Positions 46,948 to 54,237 of a stretch of DNA of 64,000 bases are shown here, piece after piece. Under the pieces are notes generated by a model. The model saw nothing but the letters and a program-made list of their open reading frames with translations. It had not been told where the DNA came from and searched no databases. The stretch spans positions 967 to 64,966 of the forward strand of contig CACFQM010000001.1 of NCBI GenBank assembly GCA_902568425.1. Direction: 5' to 3'. Every line of letters starts with the position of its first letter. The first letter of the stretch is position 1. The stretch comes from an uncultured Pelagibacteraceae bacterium (lineage in GTDB: Bacteria > Pseudomonadota > Alphaproteobacteria > Pelagibacterales > Pelagibacteraceae). The position numbers and the translations under genes are program-made.

Positions 46948-47901
46948 CTAATTAACTTTATTTTTAGCCATTCCTGTTTTGAAAAATTCATCAATGTTAT
47001 CAATTGCAAGATCTGCCATGGCAGTTCTTGTTTTTTTTGTAGCACTACCAAGATGTGGTAAAATAAATGCTGTCGGTTGCTTTAAATATTCCGGGTGAAT
47101 TTTTGGCTCACCTTTATAGACGTCTAATCCTATAGCGTAAATTTTACGACTTACCAAAGCTTGTACCATAGCTTCATCATCTATCATATCTCCTCTTGCA
47201 ACATTTGTTATAATTGCACCGGTTGGAAAATATTCTAAGGTTTCTTTATTAATTATGTCTTTAGTTTCTTTTGTGGCTGGACAACAAATTGATAATACAT
47301 CTGAAACAGAGAATAGACTTTTTATATTTTCGTGAAAAATTGCGCCCATCTCTTTGTCGTTGCTTAATTTAGTTCTATTTCTATAATGTATTTCCATTCC
47401 AAAACTTTTTGCTATTTTTGCTAAAGCTCTTCCAATTCTACCCATACCTAAAATACCAAGTCTTGATCCTGTGAGTTGCTTGCCAATTAAAAAATCTGCT
47501 GACCATTTCCAATTTTCTTTTTTTACCCAATCCATTCCCTCACTTGCTCTTCTACATGCGCCAAGAATTAATAACATAGCAATTTCTGCAGTGGCATCGG
47601 TTAAAACATCAGGTGTATTAGTAACTATTATATTTCTTTTTTTTGCTGCCTCGATATCGATATTCCCAAAACCAACAGCAAAATTAGATATTATTTTTAC
47701 AGTTTCAGGAAGTTTCTCAATTGTTTCTTTATCTATTTTATCTGTAAGTGATGACAGAATACCATCACAGCCTTTTGATAATTCAATTAGTTTTTTTTGA
47801 GAATATAATTCATCATTTGAGTTAAAATGCGGATTAAATAATTTAGAAGCTTTATCCTCGCAAGATCTCAATAATTTTCTAGTTACAAGGACTTTTTTCA
47901 T
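46948..47901 (-). CDS. D-isomer-specific 2-hydroxyacid dehydrogenase (glyoxylate/hydroxypyruvate reductase-like)
   Basis: NAD motif GILGMGRIGRALA and the family blocks (ITNVARGDMIDDEA, LPHLGSAT). Confidence 0.88.
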   Translation of the reverse strand: MKKVLVTRKLLRSCEDKASKLFNPHFNSNDELYSQKKLIELSKGCDGILSSLTDKIDKETIEKLPETVKIISNFAVGFGNIDIEAAKKRNIIVTNTPDVLTDATAEIAMLLILGACRRASEGMDWVKKENWKWSADFLIGKQLTGSRLGILGMGRIGRALAKIAKSFGMEIHYRNRTKLSNDKEMGAIFHENIKSLFSVSDVLSICCPATKETKDIINKETLEYFPTGAIITNVARGDMIDDEAMVQALVSRKIYAIGLDVYKGEPKIHPEYLKQPTAFILPHLGSATKKTRTAMADLAIDNIDEFFKTGMAKNKVN

Positions 47902-47908
47902 TTTGATT

Positions 47909-49282
47909 TTAATTCAAATCGAAAATTTTACCTGGGTTCATTATATTGTTTGGGTCAAGTGTTCTTTTTATAGATTTCATAATTGGAATATTATCTCCAT
48001 GTTCTTTTATAAGATATTCTTTTTTATGAAGTCCTACTCCATGTTCTCCAGTGATTGTTCCATTTAATTCCAAAGTTTTTTTAATCAGTAAATCACTAAA
48101 CTCTCTTATCTTCTTATAGGTTTCTTTTTTTTGGGGATCATAAGGCAAAACTACATGAAAATTTCCATCACCTAGGTGACCAACCATTGGAGCTCTGAGA
48201 CCAAATTTTTTTGTGACGTCCTCTGCAAACTTCACGCACTCAACTATTTTAGAAATTGGAAGACATACATCTGTAGAATAAACTCTGCCGTTTTTAATTA
48301 ATGCTTTCACAGAATAATATATATCCCAACGAGCTTGCCATAACTTATTTCTTTCTTCTAAATCTTTTGCCCATTTAAAAGCACTTCCTTTATTCTCTTT
48401 AGATATTTCTTCAACTATTTTGATATTTTCTTTATTAGAGGACTCCGATCCATGAAATTCGAAAAATAAAGTCGGTAAAACTTTCATATCTTTTAACTTT
48501 GAATAATTAATGCTTATATCCATTTGTTCTTTATTAAGCATTTCAATTCTGGCTATCGGCACGCCATACTGAATCACTTGTTGTGCTGCTTGAACCGCAT
48601 CTTCCAAAGATGGAAAATGACAAACTGCACTCATTATACTTTCTGGGATTGGAGAGAGTCTTAATTGTATTTCCGTAATTATTCCAAGTGTTCCCTCGGA
48701 TCCAATAAATAAATTAGTTAAGTTATATCCAGCAGAAGTTTTTTTTGTTCTACTTCCAGTCTTAATAATATCACCATTAGGAAGTACTACTGTAAGACCA
48801 GTGATTACAGTCTTCATGGTTCCATATTTTACAGCCATAGTTCCTGATGCAGATGTTGATGCCATACCGCCTATTGCAGCGTTTGCTCCAGGATCGATTG
48901 GAAAGAAAACACCATCTTCTCTTAAATAATCATTCAATTGCTCTTTAGTAACGCAAGCTTGAACTCTGCAATCAAAATCCTCAGCGTTTACACTTAAAAC
49001 CTTGTTCATTTTTTCTAAGGAAATTGTTATTCCCTTATCATTACCTACAACATTACCCTCTAAAGAGGTCCCGGTACCAAATGGAACTACAGGAACCTTG
49101 TGATCATTACAAAGTTTAAGAATTTTTGAAACTTCCTCATTAGTTTCTGGAAAAACTACAGCTTTTGATAATACTGGATCATATGTATCTTCACCTCTAG
49201 CATAGTTTGTTCTTGTAGAAACTGAGGTGGAAAATCTACCGTTAAAAATTTTTTTTAATTCTGATTGTATTTGTTCGTTCAT
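47909..49282 (-). CDS. FAD-linked oxidase (GlcD / D-lactate dehydrogenase-like)
   Basis: 457 aa. It has the FAD_binding_4 N-domain (VVPFGTGTSLEG), a C-terminal FAD-oxidase domain (GHLGDGNFH, GEHGVG), and ends with the typical NPGKIF. Confidence 0.85.
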   Translation of the reverse strand: MNEQIQSELKKIFNGRFSTSVSTRTNYARGEDTYDPVLSKAVVFPETNEEVSKILKLCNDHKVPVVPFGTGTSLEGNVVGNDKGITISLEKMNKVLSVNAEDFDCRVQACVTKEQLNDYLREDGVFFPIDPGANAAIGGMASTSASGTMAVKYGTMKTVITGLTVVLPNGDIIKTGSRTKKTSAGYNLTNLFIGSEGTLGIITEIQLRLSPIPESIMSAVCHFPSLEDAVQAAQQVIQYGVPIARIEMLNKEQMDISINYSKLKDMKVLPTLFFEFHGSESSNKENIKIVEEISKENKGSAFKWAKDLEERNKLWQARWDIYYSVKALIKNGRVYSTDVCLPISKIVECVKFAEDVTKKFGLRAPMVGHLGDGNFHVVLPYDPQKKETYKKIREFSDLLIKKTLELNGTITGEHGVGLHKKEYLIKEHGDNIPIMKSIKRTLDPNNIMNPGKIFDLN

Positions 49283-49328
49283 TTTTTTCTATAATGTTAT
49301 TAAATTATATAGAAAAAATATACCTTAA

Positions 49329-51644
49329 TTAACCAAGCATCTTTTTGATTTTTTCTAAGGCTTGTGAGATATTATCGCTAGAAGCTGCAAAACTAAATCT
49401 AACATAATCTTTAGCTGTTTTTCCAAATGCTGTTCCCGGTACAATAGCTACGCCTGCTTCATGCATACATTTTTTAGCAAATTCAGCACCATTCATTCCT
49501 GTTCCTACGACTTTAGGAAAAGCATAAAATGCACCTCCAGGTAAACTACATTCTACACCTGGTAAATTGTTTAAGCCTTCGTGAATAAGTTTTCTTCTTA
49601 TTGTAAATTTTCTCATCATTTCAATAATAGAATCATCTGGACCGTCTAAAGCGGCAATGCCTGCAAACTGAGCAGCTGCATTTACACATGAAACGCTATT
49701 TATTACCAATTTATTTACATGTTCTACAAGATTTTTTGGCCAGAAACTCCAACCTAATCTCCATCCTGTCATTGAATAGGCTTTACTCCAACCTTCAAGA
49801 ACAATTAGTCTCTCTCTTAATTCTGGATAATTAAAAAAAGTAGGCATTTCTTTTCCATCAAAGATTTGTCTACTATAAATTTCATCACTTAAAATTGTCA
49901 CATGAGGATGTTTTTTTAATCCCTCTGCTAGAACATCGATATCTGATTTATCAACAAAACTGCCAGTTGGATTATTTGGATTAATTAAAACTAGTAATTT
50001 TGTTTTATCAGTTATTAAGGATAAAATTTCCTCAGGATTAAATTTTAAATCTTTATCTTTAGTCAAATCGTATGGAACTGCTTTAGCTCCAGTAAAATTG
50101 ATCATAGACTCATAGATTGGAAATGCAGGTGTTGGGTGAATTATTTCTACACCCGGTTCACCAAAGCATTGAATTGCATAACTCATTGTAGGTTTTCCAC
50201 CTGGCATAATAATTATTCTTTCGGGATCAATGTCTTGATTGTATAGTTTTTTAATTTTTCTTGTGACTGATTGCCTGCATTCAAGAATTCCGTTTGATAA
50301 AACATAACCATGATGACCATCGTCCAAAGCTTTTTTTGCAGCGTCAACAATATGTTTTGGAGTTTTAAAATCTGGCTGACCTAATCCCAGATGTATCATT
50401 GGTTTGCCTTTGGCTTCTAATTTTTTTGCTTCAGCAAGAACGCTAAAAGCTGTCTCTGTTCCTAACCTATCTAAACTTTTTGCAAGTTTCATAATTACCT
50501 GTATGCGATATTTGTTTTTTTTTAAATCTTTTATTGTTTTACATCCTAATAATATCATGTCACGTCTAATCTCATCATGCATTCTTTGCAGCAAAGCTTC
50601 AACACCTTTTTGACCCCCCGCGCCTAGGGCAAATAAGTAACCTTTCCCAAAACTACACGCAGTAGCACCTAAAGATAAAGCTTTTAACACATGGGTTCCT
50701 CTTCTTATCCCGCCGTCTAAAATTATTTCAAGTTTGCCACCTACAGCATCAGCTATAGCTGGTAATTGATCAAAGGGAGATCTTGAACCATCTAATTGCC
50801 TTCCTCCATGATTAGATAACATTATTGCCGAGGCTCCGATCTCAACTGCTCTTTTTGCATCTGCAACAGACATAACTCCTTTTATTGCAAATGGTCCTCC
50901 CCATCTTTTAATACAATACTCAGCATCTGCCCAGTTCATCTTCGGATCATATTGTTCGTTAATATATTCCATCACACCTTTAGCAATACTACTTCCTTTT
51001 TTTGTAAAATGAGAAACGTTTGCTAACTGAAACTTTTCATGAGTTAAATAATTTATTGACCACATTGGATGAGTAGCAAAACTTAAAAGGCTTTTTAAAG
51101 TTAATTTAGGTGGTGTAGTAAATCCCCATCTATGATCTCTCTCTCTGTTACCTGCCACAACTGTATCCACCGTTAAACACATTGCCTTGAAGCCTGATCT
51201 TTTACAACGATCAATTAAATTATCGGTTAAACCTTTGTCTTTATGAATGTAAAGTTGAAACATCTTTGGGCCACCTGATATATTTGAAATTTCCTCTATT
51301 GAAGTGGTAGACATAGTTGACATGCTATAAATTGTTCCAAGTTTTTCAGCAGCTCTTGCACTCGCTTTATCTCCATCATGATGATAAAGCCTTTGCATTG
51401 CAGTTGGAGATAGAAATAGCGGCATTTTAATTTTTTGACCAAATACTTCAGTGCTCATATCTGGTTCTCCAACACTTGTAAGAATACTTGGTACTAAATC
51501 ACATTTTGAAAATGCTTCTGTATTTCTTTTCAGAGTGGCTTCATCATCTGAGCCACCATCAATATAATGAAAAATGGGTGCGGGAAGATTTTTTTTTGCT
51601 AATTTTCTAAAGTCATCAAAATTATAACAATCTTTTAAACTCAT
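49329..51644 (-). CDS. fusion ORF: FMN-dependent alpha-hydroxyacid dehydrogenase/oxidase domain (aa 1-384, nt 50493-51644) joined to a class I/II PLP aminotransferase domain (aa 385-771, nt 49329-50492)
   Basis: The N-domain has SNHGGRQLDG and LDGGIRRGTHVLKAL (LldD/glycolate-oxidase family). The C-domain starts at Met385 (ATG 50490-50492) as MKLAKSLDRLGTETAF...GLGQPDF...NPNNPTG...SKAYSMTGWRLGW. No in-frame stop separates them. A T9/A9 run at 50515-50523 is a caveat. Confidence 0.7.
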   Translation of the reverse strand: MSLKDCYNFDDFRKLAKKNLPAPIFHYIDGGSDDEATLKRNTEAFSKCDLVPSILTSVGEPDMSTEVFGQKIKMPLFLSPTAMQRLYHHDGDKASARAAEKLGTIYSMSTMSTTSIEEISNISGGPKMFQLYIHKDKGLTDNLIDRCKRSGFKAMCLTVDTVVAGNRERDHRWGFTTPPKLTLKSLLSFATHPMWSINYLTHEKFQLANVSHFTKKGSSIAKGVMEYINEQYDPKMNWADAEYCIKRWGGPFAIKGVMSVADAKRAVEIGASAIMLSNHGGRQLDGSRSPFDQLPAIADAVGGKLEIILDGGIRRGTHVLKALSLGATACSFGKGYLFALGAGGQKGVEALLQRMHDEIRRDMILLGCKTIKDLKKNKYRIQVIMKLAKSLDRLGTETAFSVLAEAKKLEAKGKPMIHLGLGQPDFKTPKHIVDAAKKALDDGHHGYVLSNGILECRQSVTRKIKKLYNQDIDPERIIIMPGGKPTMSYAIQCFGEPGVEIIHPTPAFPIYESMINFTGAKAVPYDLTKDKDLKFNPEEILSLITDKTKLLVLINPNNPTGSFVDKSDIDVLAEGLKKHPHVTILSDEIYSRQIFDGKEMPTFFNYPELRERLIVLEGWSKAYSMTGWRLGWSFWPKNLVEHVNKLVINSVSCVNAAAQFAGIAALDGPDDSIIEMMRKFTIRRKLIHEGLNNLPGVECSLPGGAFYAFPKVVGTGMNGAEFAKKCMHEAGVAIVPGTAFGKTAKDYVRFSFAASSDNISQALEKIKKMLG

Positions 51645-52795
51645 ACTTTTCTAAATCTCAAATTTTTTCTGCTTAGATCACTTATCTTAGTACATCCCAT
51701 GAGCTTCATATCTCTCTCTAATTCTACACGATACTGGTTAAGAGCTCTTTCAACGCCAGCTTGGCCAGCTGCTGCAAGGGCGTAAAGATATAATCTCCCG
51801 CCTGCACAGGCTTTAGCTCCCATTGATAAAGCTTTGAGCATATGTGTTCCTCTTTGAATACCGCCTTCACAAATTACATCTATTTTGTCTCCAACAGCGT
51901 CGATAATTTCTGCTAATTGATCAAAAGGAGATCTAGCCCCATCTAGTTGTCTTCCTCCATGATTTGAAACCATAATTCCAGAACATCCAATATCAACTGC
52001 TCTTTTTGCATCTTCAACACTCATAACTCCTTTTAGAGCAAAATGTCCTCCCCACTTAGAACAAAGATTTTCAGCATCCTTCCAGTTCATTGATTGATCT
52101 AGCATTGTTGAAAAATAATTTCCGACGGATGTAGCAGTACTAGTTCCCTCCTTTACATGATCTTGAAGATGAGGTAATTCGAATTTTCCTCTAGTAACGT
52201 AATTTATTCCCCACATTGGTTTCATTGCAAAACTAATCAAACTTGAAAGTGTAAGTTTAGGTGGTGATGTAAACCCAGTTCTTAGATCTCTTTCTCTATT
52301 ACCTCCAGTTATCGTATCGACGGTTAGTGCCATAACATCAAATTTTGCAGCTTTAACTCTTTCTACAATTGCATTGTTTAGACCTTTATCTTTATGATAA
52401 TAAAACTGAAATAATTTTGGAGTATTTACAAGGGATGAGATTTCCTCAACACTTACAGTTGCCAATGATGAAACGCCAAACATTGTGTTAAACTTTTGTG
52501 CTGCTTGTCCAACAGCTCTTTCTCCTTGATAATGAAATAGTCTCTGTAAAGCTGTAGGTGAACAATAAAAAGGTAAATCTAATTTTTTTCCAAATATTGT
52601 TGTAGATAGATCAACTTGTTCCACACCTCTTAAAACATTTGGCACTAAATCGACTTCATTAAATGCCTCTGTGTTTCTTTTATAAGTAACTTCATCATCA
52701 GCTGCACCATCTATGTAATGAAAAATTGGAGATGGTAACTTTCTTTTTGCAAGTTTTCTAAAGTCACTAAAGTTGTGGCAATCTTTTAATCCCAT
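51641..52795 (-). CDS. FMN-dependent alpha-hydroxyacid dehydrogenase/oxidase (LldD/glycolate-oxidase family), paralog 2
   Basis: 384 aa with SNHGGRQLDG and EGGIQRGTHMLKAL. It aligns without gaps to the N-domain of the downstream ORF, and its stop overlaps that ORF's start (ATGA). Confidence 0.9.
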   Translation of the reverse strand: MGLKDCHNFSDFRKLAKRKLPSPIFHYIDGAADDEVTYKRNTEAFNEVDLVPNVLRGVEQVDLSTTIFGKKLDLPFYCSPTALQRLFHYQGERAVGQAAQKFNTMFGVSSLATVSVEEISSLVNTPKLFQFYYHKDKGLNNAIVERVKAAKFDVMALTVDTITGGNRERDLRTGFTSPPKLTLSSLISFAMKPMWGINYVTRGKFELPHLQDHVKEGTSTATSVGNYFSTMLDQSMNWKDAENLCSKWGGHFALKGVMSVEDAKRAVDIGCSGIMVSNHGGRQLDGARSPFDQLAEIIDAVGDKIDVICEGGIQRGTHMLKALSMGAKACAGGRLYLYALAAAGQAGVERALNQYRVELERDMKLMGCTKISDLSRKNLRFRKV

Positions 52796-52806
52796 GTGAT
52801 TAAATA

Positions 52807-53307
52807 TTAGAACTTTTTTAGAAAATTAAACATGTAACTATTGGCCCCAGGATTTTTATCCCCTAAACTAGCGTTTGATACATGGTTATACGACATTCCA
52901 AAGTTTGTAGTTTCTCCTAAATCCATTGACATTTGAACTTCACTTTTAAATTCTAAAGGGTGTCCTAGATCCTTTCCATCGCCTTGGCTGTAAATACCTG
53001 GTGCAAAACTTGGTGTAATTTTAAATGGTCCTAAATCATAATTTGCTTCGATACCTGTGTAAATATAGGCTGCAGAGTCTTGTGTAACCATCAGACCTGT
53101 AATCGGAGAAACTCTTCCGATTAATGTATCTTTATATAAATTTTCATTTTGATGTTCTATCCCAAAAAGTTGTGAACTTTTTTTGTCATCACTAAAATCA
53201 AACATACCAGTATAGAAATTAAAACCCGATCTTGCTTCATCAGCAAATGAATTATTAATTCCACAAGATAAAAGCACAAACGTTGCAATAGAAATTTTAA
53301 GTCTCAT
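52807..53307 (-). CDS. small outer-membrane beta-barrel protein, PagL/acyloxyacyl-hydrolase-like
   Basis: Signal peptide (ends ...NSFA-DE), alternating beta-strand pattern, C-terminal aromatic residue (KKF), and an HVSNASLG motif resembling the His-x-Ser-Asn site of lipid A deacylases. Confidence 0.5.
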   Translation of the reverse strand: MRLKISIATFVLLSCGINNSFADEARSGFNFYTGMFDFSDDKKSSQLFGIEHQNENLYKDTLIGRVSPITGLMVTQDSAAYIYTGIEANYDLGPFKITPSFAPGIYSQGDGKDLGHPLEFKSEVQMSMDLGETTNFGMSYNHVSNASLGDKNPGANSYMFNFLKKF

Positions 53308-53356
53308 ATTTATATAAAGTTACAATTTAAAAAAAGAATTGTATACAGTTTTATTT

Positions 53357-53722
53357 TTAAGGTCTAATTTTTGGTTTTTTTATCAAGAAAAATAAAAAAA
53401 TAATACCCAAAAAAAATAGTAAATAGGGCAAAAACCATAACAGAAAGCTATTTTTCTTAAGTGGCGGATTTAATAATATCCAATCTCCATACTTTTCAGA
53501 TAAAAATGTATAAATTTCTCTTTCATTATTTCCCTCTTCAATTTTATCTTTCACAACATTCTTGATTGTCAAAGCAAAATCAGAATTAGAATCATGTACA
53601 GTCTGACCTTGACAAACTAAACATCGAAGATTTTTTAAAATTTTGTTACTTAAATTTTCATCACCATAGCTTTGCGAAAAGATTAATAAAAATAGAATTA
53701 GAGCTTTTATTATATTTTTCAT
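53357..53722 (-). CDS. ccmH: cytochrome c-type biogenesis protein CcmH
   Basis: LRCLVCQGQTVHDSNSDFA (the LRCxxCQ motif) plus a C-terminal TM helix. Confidence 0.85.
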   Translation of the reverse strand: MKNIIKALILFLLIFSQSYGDENLSNKILKNLRCLVCQGQTVHDSNSDFALTIKNVVKDKIEEGNNEREIYTFLSEKYGDWILLNPPLKKNSFLLWFLPYLLFFLGIIFLFFLIKKPKIRP

Positions 53723-54237
53723 TTTTTTACTATTTTTCTAATTTCGTTTACATCGTTAATATTGAGTGGACCGATATATTTTTTCAAAATTTTTAATTCA
53801 GAGTCGATTAATATTGTTTCTGGTATTCCATAAACACCAAAATTTACAGAATTTTTTCCATTTTTATCTTCTGCAAGAATATCAAAAGGGTTCCCGTTTT
53901 CTCTTAAAAAATTTCTTGCATTATCTTTTTCATCTTTGAAATTAACACCAATTAATTTTAAGTTTTTAATTTTACTCAATCTAACTAAATTTGGATGTTC
54001 TTTTCTACAAGGACCACACCATGATGCCCAAAAATTCAAAATTGTAAATTCATTATTTGTTAACTCTTTAGTATTAAAAGATTCATTAGACTGGAATAAA
54101 TTTATCTCTACCTCAGATATTTTTTTTCCAACTAAATCTTGAGTATTATAAATTTTTTCATTTCCTAAACTAAGATAAAGAACAATAAATAGTAATGAAA
54201 ATAATACAGATATAATTATGTAATTAATTTTTTTCAT
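53719..54237 (-). CDS. ccmG: thiol:disulfide oxidoreductase CcmG/DsbE
   Basis: TM anchor, thioredoxin motif WASWCGPCRKE, and GVYGIPET. Confidence 0.9.
   Translation of the reverse strand: MKKINYIIISVLFSLLFIVLYLSLGNEKIYNTQDLVGKKISEVEINLFQSNESFNTKELTNNEFTILNFWASWCGPCRKEHPNLVRLSKIKNLKLIGVNFKDEKDNARNFLRENGNPFDILAEDKNGKNSVNFGVYGIPETILIDSELKILKKYIGPLNINDVNEIRKIVKK

Noticed and set aside
49283-49318. 11-bp inverted repeat TTTTTTCTATA / TATAGAAAAAA with a 14-nt loop between the fusion ORF and the GlcD-like gene, considered as a terminator or operator.
   Set aside because: The stem has a single G-C pair, would be very weak as RNA, and has no distinct U-tract beyond the repeat itself. It is easily produced by chance in AT-rich spacer DNA.
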